A stretch of 64,000 nt of DNA from Lama glama. Its lineage: Eukaryota. Of this stretch, positions 52,095 through 62,529 are shown piece after piece. Below the pieces are notes generated by a model. It worked only from the letters and a program-made list of their open reading frames with translations, did not search any database and was not told the DNA's origin. The stretch lies in contig CM052816.1 of NCBI GenBank assembly GCA_028534125.1, positions 15,750,001 through 15,814,000 of the forward strand, in the 5' to 3' direction. The first letter of the stretch is position 1, and each line of letters opens with the position of its first letter. The translations under genes and the position numbers were made by a program.

Positions 52095-52670
52095 GCCCCT
52101 CCCCAGCCCCTGGCAACCAGAATCTATTTTCTGCTTCTATGGACTTACTTACTCTGGATATTTACATTTAAGTAGAATCATACAATATGTGGCCCTTCAT
52201 GACTGGTTTCTTCCACTTAGTGTCTGAGGTTCACTCACGTTGTAGCATGTAGCCGCACTTATGCCTTTTCATGGCCAAGTGATATTCCATTGCATGGCTC
52301 TACCACATTTTGTTTAAACGTTCTTCAGTTTAGGTTGTTGCATCATTCTAGTTGTTTCCACATTTGGTCGTTATGAATAATGCTGCTATAACATTCATGT
52401 ACAAGTCTGCATGGACATATGTTTTCAGTTCTCTTGGGTAGATACCATATGACCCAGCAATTCAACTCCTAGGTAACTGTTTAATTTTGAGGAACTATCA
52501 GCTATGTTTCCAAATAGCTGCGCCACTTTACGCTCCCACCAGCAAAGTACGAGAGTTGCAGTTTTTCTGCATCTTCACCACTTTTCATTATCCACCTCTT
52601 TTATTATAGCCATCAGAGTGGGTAGAGGTGGTGTCTCACTGTGGTTTTGGTTTCCATTTCCTTAATGACC
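52095..52670 (-). mobile_element. LINE-1 fragment (3' UTR / ORF2 C-terminus)
   Basis: cccagcccctggcaacc...gaatcatacaatatgtggcc...atgaataatgctgctat...gtggttttggtttccatttcc; homologous to the reverse complement of 12330-12810. Confidence 0.85.
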
Positions 52671-52809
52671 TCCCAGGAATATTTGCATTTAATAAGAGAC
52701 AGTGCTTTTATCTACAGAAAAGATAGCAGGTTAAGGAGACCAGACTAGTAGTAGTAGAAGGCACCTTTCTCTAAAGAATCAGATGTTCATTTGCCCGTTA
52801 CAAATGTCT

Positions 52810-53600
52810 AAAAGTATTTGTTAAGCACTTATTACATGTCAAACGCTAAGCTAGACACTGCGGTTCATTCACTGGTGAACACGACTGATGTGGCCGCTGC
52901 CTGGATGGAGCTTACATTCTAGTGGAGGAGCTAAGCCTTAGACAGCTAATAATTGCAAAACCAGTCCTTTGATTATGATAGAATAAGTACAAGTTATGAA
53001 GCTAAGGCAAGGAGTAAGGGGGGAGCCTGAGCAGCCTCTCTGAGACACTGATATTTTGAAAATCCTGGACAAGAAGGTACCCTGGCTTCTTAGAGGGGAT
53101 GGACTAAGCCAGTGTAGTTGGAATACACTGCAAGAGAGGCACAGGACACAGAGGAGAGGTGGAGAGGCCCAGATGAGACTTGGGGACGGGGTGGGAGGCG
53201 TTCTTCTGAGCACACATGGAAGCCATTGGAGGGTTTTGATCATTGAAATGACTGATCAATTTACATATTTTAAAGACCGCTTCAGCAGCTGCAAAGCTAA
53301 CAGGTTAGAGATGAAGGCAAGTGGGAGGGCAGAAAGACCCGTGAGGAGGTAGTTGCGGTCACCCAAGAAAGAGACCCTGGAGGCCTGGGCTGGGGAGGTG
53401 GTAGCGAGACAGGGACAGAGACTTGTGAGGAGGGAGATGGGCAGCCCTCTGTGACAGACAGACAGCTGGCAGAACAAAGGAAGACCAGAAATCAAAGATG
53501 TACTCTAGGCCTTTGGTTTGTGCTGTTCAGTCGCTGAGATGAGCAAGCTTGGAGGAGAAAGTGGGAGGTGAGATGACTGGGAGCCGAGTTTGGGGGGCAC
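52810..53600 (-). mobile_element. Degenerate LINE-2 fragment
   Basis: Purine-rich reverse-L2 motifs (atggagcttacattctagtggagg; atggaagccattggagggtttt; gcagaaagacccgtgaggagg). Boundaries approximate. Confidence 0.55.
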
Positions 53601-55906
53601 CAGGCGCCATCCCTGGGGTGGTGTCAAAGGGGCAGCCAGATTCTCCCACTTGGGGTCCATCTGTCATTGTCACTTCTGCAAACACGGGAGAACACAGTGA
53701 AGAAATAGAGGCTGACAAGGGAGCCCCTTAGGAGCCCCTGTGAGCTGGAGCTGTGTGTCTGCACACCTTCAGTGTGGAAATCTTCCAGGCGGGAGCCTTT
53801 ACCACCAGCAGAGTTGCACCTTGGTGACTTGGGAGGGCCCTGCCATCACAGAGGTGGCCTCAATGTACTTCTTTCTGAGGTGGAAAGGCCTGTGGTAATT
53901 TCCCCCACACCTCTGGTGCTGGCTCCCCTCCTTGCCTTCCCTTTTTTGCCTTTCTGGGGTCTCAGCCTAGTCCCCATGATGGCACGGTCCTGGCAGCCCC
54001 AGGCCACAGATCCCAGCCAAGATCTTGTCTTCCTTCAGGAGCCATCGTCTGCCTCCCAAAGCCTTGGTGAGCACAAACGTGCTGTATGCAGCTGGGGTCC
54101 TGCCCCGCTCCTCACTGTTGCCCACTGCTCACTCTGCGCAGCAGTGGGCAGGCTCTGCCACCCTTGCCTGCAGAGAGCATCAAACGAGACTGAGGTTTCT
54201 CTGGTTTGGCCAAGGCCCATGAGAGGACCCAGGCCTGTGGTCCACACCGTGTTTGCATTCATCTGCCTGTCAAGCCTTGGTGTTGACGTGTTCTCCCACG
54301 AGGGACCAGGTACCTAGTGAGGATGCTCAACTGGGCATCAGGAGCCCTGAGACCTTGACACAACACACACTGGACTCTGGACAGGCACTTCCCTGCTCAC
54401 TTTCCTCACTCCTCCTTGGCAATGTAACCCAAGGGCAGGACAACCTCTAAGGTCCTCTAGCAATGAGATTGTACAACTCACAGGCGTGGTCACCTCAGCT
54501 GTTTCTCTTCTCTGTCCCTTTTTTAGTTTCCCTGGGTCTCACTGACCCAGAAGCATGTGGGTCCCAGCTGGGTGTTGGGTTGAGCAGAGGTGGGAGACGT
54601 CAAGAGGGGTGGGGCTCAAGGATGCCAGACCAGCGGCAGGCATGATGTGGAGGGGAAGGTGGGAGCTGGCCCTGCCCGATGGGTTTTATCAGCAAGCTCC
54701 CCAGACATATACAGAGGCAGAGCTGTGTATACACTCCCAGTCCCCACGCTCCATCTGTCTCCCCACATGTCTAAACACTGAGGGCGCCAAGTGCCTGCCC
54801 TCCTCTCCTGACTGCGGGGGATGATGGAGACTCAATACCCCGAGGAGACAGGATCAGCCAAGGTAGGATGAGCAGTCAAGAGGCCACTGCTGGGTGGGTG
54901 TGAGAGGCCCTCAGAACCCCAGGGGCTAAGGAGGCAGCAGGAACCCGTTTCTAGCTGCCCAATATAGATACGCAGGCCAAGGGGGCTAGCTAACAGATGA
55001 AAACTGACATCCATGCGGTAAGAATTTTCACTTGAAACCAGCTTTCTAGATACCATCCCATTGGGGAGCAGAGCTTTCGCTATTTTTGCTTATGAAATGG
55101 ATCTCCTCTATCAGATGTGCAGTCTGGGTTAGCGGCCTTTAAAGCCCAGTCCTGCTGTCACCTCATTTCCACATCCCAGCTGTCCCGCAGGCCATCTCCT
55201 CCCCAGCAACCTGAAGCCTTGGGTTTACAGCAGCTGACTTGGGGGGGGGAGGTGGGGACTGCCTGGCAAGGGTGGACATGGAGGCCCCGGATGCTTCTGG
55301 AGTCAGGCATAGTGTACTCTGGACCATTTCTGAGACACTTTGTCCCGCTGGGACAAAGAGGAAAGAGATGGAATCTACAATTCTTCGCACATCTCCATAG
55401 ATCTTAAGAAAAGGACAATGTCCAATGTCGTTTCCCTCAAAGCTCAGCTCCCTCCATCTATACACTGGTCCACGAGAGCCTGACAGTGCAGGAGGACGTA
55501 AATGTCTCCCCTTGCAGCTTGTGCCCCACATAGGACATGGCATCTCACCCAAATGCAGTGGAGCCCCAAGAAAGGCAGGCAGACAGAAAGCAGCGGAGGT
55601 GGGCCCTTATCCCAGAAGATGGAGCAGTTTCTGCTAGCCTCTCACCCTCTCCAAAAAAAGAAAATCTTCCCGGCCTGTGGAGGTTTGCCTGGAGGGAGGG
55701 TATGAGGTGCTGGGCAGACGGTCAGAGCTCACGGTGGCCTCCCCTCGGCCTCGTTGCTGACTGGGAGGGACCACCAGACCTTCCCTCCCCCAGCCATTCC
55801 TGTAGCCTCTGATCGTCCAGCTTTGAGGTGGGCCATGAAGGAGGTGATTCCTGGGGTTTAGAGGGAGTCTCAGTGGGTCACTGGCACGTGTCTCTTATAC
55901 CTCCAG

Positions 55907-56027
55907 TGAGCACCACCCTGTCATCCTGGTCGGGGCACGCCCGGAAGTGCAACGAGACAGCCAAGTCCTATTGTGTCAATGGAGGCGTCTGCTACTACAT
56001 CGAGGGCATCAACCAGCTCTCCTGCAA
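55907..56027 (+). CDS. NRG2: NRG2 common EGF-domain exon (VSTTLSSWSGHARKCNETAKSYCVNGGVCYYIEGINQLSCK)
   Basis: First four EGF cysteines in neuregulin spacing. Acceptor cctccag|, donor AA|gtaagt; 121 nt, phase 1 to phase 2. Confidence 0.97.
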
Positions 56028-57943
56028 GTAAGTGACCAGTGGGGGCGGGCATGGGGGCGAGAGTAGGGGGAGAGGCTGGGCAGAAGTGGAGGGCTCTAGG
56101 AAAAGTGGGCTTCAAGCCAGTGATAAGGGGTCTCCAAGGGGTGTAGACAGGGAGGTGTGCCCCAATTCCTAGCCCTTTCCTGGAATACAGGGCGATGTAA
56201 GCTGTAAGGGCTCAGGGTTTCCTCAGTCCCAGTTTCCCAGGCCCCCGCTCACCCCACCTCCCAGTGCTCACCCTTTACCAGCACCTTTTAGAGATGGGGA
56301 GACCAGTCTGTGCCCCAGGCACTGGGTTCGCACTCTCTCCTGTCTCTTTCTCCCTCCTCTCCCATCTCTCAGCAACTCTCCCAACTTCGTTCTGATGAAC
56401 ACTGCCCGGGTGCATCTTCCCCAGCAGTGAGGCAGGGTCAGCTAGAGCACGGGTCCCAGAGCCCCTGACAGCTGAGGTCTCTGCCCCCGTGCTCACCTCG
56501 GGACCTGGCTGCTCTCCCTGCCCAGCAGGACCCCAGTGTCCAGAGATGCCCTGGCTGCTGCCTGTACCACTTCAGTCCTGAGTCCCTCTATGTGGGGTGA
56601 AGGGTCACCAGCAAGGACACCTCTCCAGGTGTGGCCGAGTGGGGGAAGTCAGGGTTGGGGAGAAGCATGTCATGAGTTGGGATTCCCCGGCCTCCCCAAG
56701 GGCCAGAGCCTGCTCTCCAGTCAGGCAGGAGTACACAGGAGCTCAGAACCCCCTGCCCCCCTTCGCAGACAGGGCACGTAGGAGCAGAGTCACCAGGGAA
56801 GCTTGTTCAGGCCCAGTCAGATCTTCTGGAAGCGGGGTCCCCCAGCGCCCCCTTGACAGATTCTCTGGCGGGTGAGCAAGGAGCGGGCTGGGGAGCTTGG
56901 TGAGGGCGGCACAGGTTCTGGCCGGATCCTGAGGAGGGAGGGGAGGGAGGGAGGGAGCCTAGTCAACAACTTTGGTTTTCAAAGCAGCCTAAGCCTAGGG
57001 CACTGGTAAGGTGCCAAAGCTGCCCCATTCCATTGCATCTGGGCAAAGGCCAGCAGAGGATGGATGGCGATTCAGAGAGGCGTTTGCCCTCCCCATACAC
57101 AAGGTCAGATCAGCACTCCTCGGCTCTCCTGCCTCTGGGCTCCAGCTACAGAGCTGCACCCACCTCCTGCCTACAGCCTTGCCTCCAGACCCCTCCACCT
57201 CACAATGTGATAATGATGAGCCAGGCGTTCTTCACACGCTCCCCTCAGTGCTGGGCGAGCTGAGCCTGACTACCAGGCACATCTGTGCCTCTTGCCCCAC
57301 AGGCCTCCTTCCCTGGCATTCACCTTGGCCCCACCCTCACCTGCTGCCATCCGCCCCCACCAAATCTCAAGGGACAAGTCCCCAAAGCAACAGCACGTCC
57401 CCCAGGGAAGTTCTCAGCCCAGACTCAGCCCCTCATCCTGCCTCTAGGAAGCTGCTACCTTAGTGCCACAGACCCCAGGGAACATTATAGCCTTGAAAAT
57501 GCTCTTGAGTATTTATCTATAGAAACTCGTAAGAGTTCTGGAATACTTCACAGAGATGGCCTAGTCCTGGCACCCCCACCCTCCTTCATCTTTGTCCCCC
57601 ACAACACACACACGCCAGGCCTCTCCTCTTCCCTAGCCCCTTGGATCCCAGAACCTTGAAGAGATCCAGCACTGTCCCTGAAATCAGCCCTGGCTCCAGG
57701 CAGGGAAGGTTGCAGCCACCCAGGGACAGTGCCGGGGCTGAGAAGGGCCATGGGACCCAGAGCTTCAGTGCTAGAGTTTAGTGTGGGAAAGTGAGTAATG
57801 AGCAGTAACGGGTTCTCCGAGGGCCCTGCCAGCAAGGCTGTACCCCAACAACCGTCTGGGTTTGCCCAGCTAAATCTGAGAGGAGCAGAGTGCAGAAGCC
57901 TGAGCCATTGTGAAGATGCTGTCCTGTTTCCCCTCCCCACCAG

Positions 57944-58049
57944 GACAACTGGGGTTCACCGCTTAGAACTTGAACCTAGTACCCAGAACCACCACCTCCC
58001 CATCTCCACACACCCGGGGCTCCTAGAACCAACTTTCCTGACTCCCTGA
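57944..58049 (+). CDS. NRG2: Candidate NRG2 alternative terminal exon (K-TTGVHRLELEPSTQNHHLPISTHPGLLEPTFLTP*)
   Basis: Pyrimidine-rich acceptor cctgtttcccctccccaccag|G in the correct phase after the EGF exon, 34 codons to TGA, and AATAAA about 190 nt downstream. Similar to the C-terminus of a short human NRG2 cDNA product as I recall it (unverified). Confidence 0.6.
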
Positions 58050-58241
58050 GCCGCCGGGAGAGAGGGGCATCCCTGGTGGGGATTGTGATCAGGAGGGCAG
58101 GTCCCCAGAGCTGTGCTGGAGAAGGACAGGGGGGAGGGGGGCAGGGCAGAACCCAGAGGCCATTCTGGGGGTGGGTGAGCCGGGAGGGAAGGGGGGCAGG
58201 CCTCTTGGGGTTCCTGATGACACCCTGAATGGAATGGATGG

Positions 58242-58325
58242 AATAAAAAGGAAAAGAGTTTAGGAACCGGAACTCACGTCTTACCATTTGTGCTGTTTGT
58301 TTACTTTTTATTTTGATTTTTTTGC
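58242..58325 (+). terminator. Candidate intronic polyadenylation signal (AATAAA plus downstream GU/U-rich element)
   Basis: AATAAA at 58242-58247, followed about 40 nt later by tgtgctgtttgtttactttttattttgatttttttg. Confidence 0.5.
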
Positions 58326-61300
58326 ATTTCCGCTTAGCTTGGATAATGAAACTAGACTGGTCAGTTTCATTCCAGTTTCTACAAAAATCAGTTTTCCTTC
58401 CTGGTTTTCTGACACTTGTTGTTGTGTATTGGTTCAGAGCCCTGCAGGGAGTGTTGGAAAGCAGGCACACTCCGTCCCTCCTGTTTTTCTGGAATTCAGA
58501 GCCAAAAGAAATAGTGTCACTGATACTCAGTTTTGTTTTAAAAAAGAAAACTTAGGGGGATTTGAAAATGGGGGTCCAAATCAAGGTGACTGTCTCCTGT
58601 CTGGGCCAGACAGGGGCCTCTGCACTTCCTCTTGCTGCTTTCTCCTCTTCTCTCCGTGTTTTTATAGAGCACGGTTGGTGCGTGACTCTTGGGGACTGGT
58701 TCAGGGGATGATGACAGAACAAGACTCTTTCCAGTCCTGTGCACATACCAGTGGCATGCCTCCCTTTCCCATCAGCTCATCACCCCATCCCTTCTGCTCC
58801 CCCGACCCCGTGTTCAGATGATTCCCCCATCCCATACCCATCTGCCTGCTCATCCTCTCCACACCTCCACCCCTGCCCCTCCTGAGGCCAGGGACATTTC
58901 ACTCCCTCCCGGCCCGGGGCACACCCTCATCCTTCATCCTCCCCCTCCCCTGGGTGAGGGCAGCACACATGGCATTATCCCCAGGCTACCAAAAGGAGAA
59001 ACTGAGGCCCGGGATTGGGGGTGAGAAAACGGGGAGGCAGAGTCCCAACCTCTGTCACCCTAGATGCAGCCCGTGGGCTCTCCTCTCTGCCCCTCTCTCA
59101 CCCCTGGCTCTTCTCCAGCCCTGAGCACAGACCTTCCCGTACTCAGAGACAACAGCTTGGGGGGGAGAGCTAGGAAGCCTGGTACCTTCCACTCCTCCTA
59201 ATCTGTGCCATATCTTTGCAACTCAGGGGTCAAATCCCTGTTCCCACTACCAGCCAGCCGCCCATGCCAAGTTCAGCCCCTGCTCCTGGTTGATAGGCTA
59301 ATGTAGTTTGTACCCAACCCATTCCCAGGTCCTGAGAGCAGAGAGGCTGTAGGCCTAACCCCCTCAAGCCTTCTCTAGGGAAGCCCCAGCCTCCTGGACA
59401 TGGCTTATCCTCAACAAGCAGGGCTAAGGAGAAAACAGGGATGTCCAAAAGCCCCCTGAAAGGAGCCAGTGCCAGAAAAAAATCAGCACAGGTTTTACTC
59501 CTCCCCAGCCCCAGGCAGCGCCCACCCCCCATTGCCTTTTCTTTTTGTTCAGCCAGCAGGGAACACGCTTTCCCAGGGCAGGAAGGTGAGGCATGTTAGA
59601 GTGTTGTAGACCGTGTCCCTGGTGCCACCCGGAGTTGTGTGACTCTGTGGGCATGAAAGCTAGGATACAGCTGGGATAGTATAGGCTGGGTTGTGGGACC
59701 AGGAACGCAGGGATATGCTTAATTATTATCTGTCTCCAAGAGCCATGGGACGGCATCCTGACTATCAGCAGGGGATACAGTTCCCCTGGATTCTCTCCTG
59801 CCCCGCACTTCCCCATTCTCACTCTTATGCATGCGAGCACACAAGTTTCCCCTATCTCCAGGAGCCGTGCTAATCTCAGTCACTGAACACAGTCAAAACT
59901 ATCTTTCTTATTCCTTTGTGGATTCCAAGAGTCATTTTGGCAATTTCCTGAGTCTTTATATCCTTCACCCCCAAAAGGTGCTGCTGCTTAAAAAAAAAAA
60001 AAATCACTCCCATGCCTCTAAGTCCCCATCCCAAGTGGAATCAGTTTCCTAGAGCTGAGCCTGACCAGAGCTGGTTGGGAAGCCTTAGCCACTACCTCCA
60101 TTTCCCTGGGCTGGGGTGACTGGGGACAAGGGGGAGGAATCAGAAAAGGATGTACCGACAAAGTGGTAGCCTCCTCCTGCAAGCCACCTTGTTCAACAGG
60201 ATGAATGTGCACTGACGTCACTTGCAGGCTCCCCCCCAACTTCTTCAGACACACTTCCCCCCTTCACTACTGCTCACTGGCCAGGTAGACTGCACACACA
60301 CTGCCACTACAAGGATCAGCCTCCTGTTTAGGTCCAGAGAGACTCCGTCTATTTGCCCACCAACCACTCCCAAACCTCCAGGCTAGGTTGGAGGCCACAG
60401 AATTTTTGTGAGTGTCCATCACATCCAATGGCCATCCCCCTCCTTAAGTTCAAGGGGCTACTGATGGTTGGTATACACTAGAATGCTAAGAGGTCGAGTA
60501 CACTCACCTCTCAGGAAAGCTTACTGATTAATGTTATTGACAGGACGCTGGTGATGGGCTAACTAATTCCCTAAATTAGAAGAGCACAGACCCACCTTTG
60601 ATTTAGGGGCCTGGGGCAGGGGGGTCAGTGTTGCCCTGTCTGTAAGCTTCCCTTAGGTATCTGGCCTTGCTGGGGTTCAGAAGAGAGTACAGGGCTGGGC
60701 ATGTCTCCCCAAAATCTACAAGACAGGGACTTATTTGAGAAGAGAGTAGCAGCCAGAGAGCAAAAGGAAGTGGACCTTGGGGTTAATGACAAGGTCGAGA
60801 TGGGAGCAGGTAGATGCAGCTACAGAGGAGGCAACGTGGGAGGATGAGCTCCCCCCAGAGCCAGGCAGCGATGGAGGAGGAGCAGGTCAACGGGAAAGGG
60901 CAGGCGTCTCAGTCAGCCAGCAGGCCCCCTGGTGTGGAGCCGGCTTCAGTACCCACCCCCCAGCCTTCCATCATGATTCTGCCACGTGCAGCCAAATGCC
61001 CCACACCTGCCCTCAGCCCGCCAGTTTGGGGATGCTGGTAATTCCAGCTCCACCTGTTTCCCACTAAGCTTTTCCCATGTATCCTGCTCTAGGGTAGCCT
61101 TCCCCAAATCGTGTGTTCACAAGAGTTCCTCTAAAAACGGCTTCCACGGTCAGATAAACTTGGAACATACTGGAAAGTTCAGCTCTTTCCTCCTACACAA
61201 CTTTTCATAGCCTTTCATAACCCAGTGCGCACTGCAACTCTTCAAGGAAACCTGGGGATGGATTTCCTAAACTTATTTGGCCACAGAAGCCTCCCTGAGG

Positions 61301-61859
61301 GAACAGATAAGACATCTCCAAGGCCCTCTTTGTTGTGAGCACAGTCTGGGAACAGCATTCCTGAGTTCTTTGAGCTTTCTGGGTGCTGTTTCATGGATGA
61401 GAACCAGCACTGGAGAGAACCCTTTGGAAGGGTCTGGAAGGACTGGCTCCCCAGGACTTTGGTATTCCAGAAATCTCCCAGCCCCCACCCGCCTGCCGAC
61501 TATCTGGCACCAAAGGGCTCAAATTCTGGCTTCATGGGGCCCCAGGCAGGACAGAAGGGAAGTCTCAACAGACATTAGGACCTTTAGGCAATAAGTTCCC
61601 AATTCCCTACCCTGTTTCCCTAAATCATCTTCCCCGCCCCACCCCGGCTTCCCCACCACCCTGAGCCACATGGATTAGAAAGATTTTGAAGGAGATTTCC
61701 GAGCCCTCCACCCAGCCCCTACTCCAGCCCCTTCAGCAACGAGTGTGCCCCAGCGCTCGACTTGGTTTTCTCATTCATCACTGTGCACTTTGATTTCTAA
61801 CCTAAGCCTCGCGGATGATGCCAGTTTGTTCTGTGATTTTTCCCCTTTTCCTTCTCCAG

Positions 61860-61936
61860 ATGTCCAAACGGATTCTTCGGACAGAGATGTTTGGAGAAAC
61901 TGCCTTTGCGATTGTACATGCCAGATCCTAAGCAAA
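61860..61936 (+). CDS. NRG2: NRG2 EGF alpha exon (CPNGFFGQRCLEKLPLRLYMPDPKQ)
   Basis: Translated by hand (this frame is not in the ORF track). Carries the fifth and sixth EGF cysteines. Acceptor ttttccttctccag|, donor A|gtatgt; 77 nt, phase 2 to phase 1. Confidence 0.96.
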
Positions 61937-62309
61937 GTATGTTTGAAGATACAAACACGAGTCCCTGCTCCTTAGAAAGCTTTCGGGTGCAGTCCCCCCC
62001 ACCCCCCCGTTGTAGGGCATAGGGCCAGGGGTGTTGGTTGTTTTGATCTTTGGCTGTTTTTTTGTTTCTCTTTTCCTTTTTTGTATTTTGGTTTGTTAGT
62101 TCTTTTGTTTTGCTTTGTTTTTCATTTTTGGCCTAATCCTTGGGTTTAAAGCTCAGGGCTACAGGTAAGGGGCAGAGTAGCAAAGCCAGTACAAATGGTA
62201 ACAGTGGCAAGGAACCCAGCTGGCATTGGCAGGAGCCCGTGCCGGGGTGTTGCAATGCCTATGTCTTGCTATCCTGGCTCTCTCTTTCTGGTTTTCTTTC
62301 TTTTGGTAG

Positions 62310-62368
62310 GTGTCCTGTGGGATACACCGGGGACAGGTGTCAGCAGTTCGCAATGGTCAACTTCTCCA
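62310..62368 (+). CDS. NRG2: NRG2 EGF beta exon (CPVGYTGDRCQQFAMVNFS)
   Basis: Beta-type C-P-x-G-Y-T-G-D-R-C-Q motif. Acceptor ctttcttttggtag|, donor A|gtatgt; 59 nt, phase 2 to phase 1. Confidence 0.96.
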
Positions 62369-62529
62369 GTATGTCTCTTTCTTCTATTTCTTTTCTTCCC
62401 TGGTGACTGACATTCCCCCCTACCCCCAACCCTACCCAGCAGGAAAGATGGGGCCTTTGCTTAGAGAGTTTGGGTGTGGGGAGACACCAGGGTGCCCTGG
62501 GCTCTTCTCAGTCCTAACTAGAAGCCCGT

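Noticed and set aside
58288..58821. 177-aa ORF in frame with the EGF exon via the 58337 acceptor
   Set aside because: The peptide has no recognisable family features and runs through U-rich and pyrimidine tracts. Kept only as the microexon hypotheses, not as a CDS.
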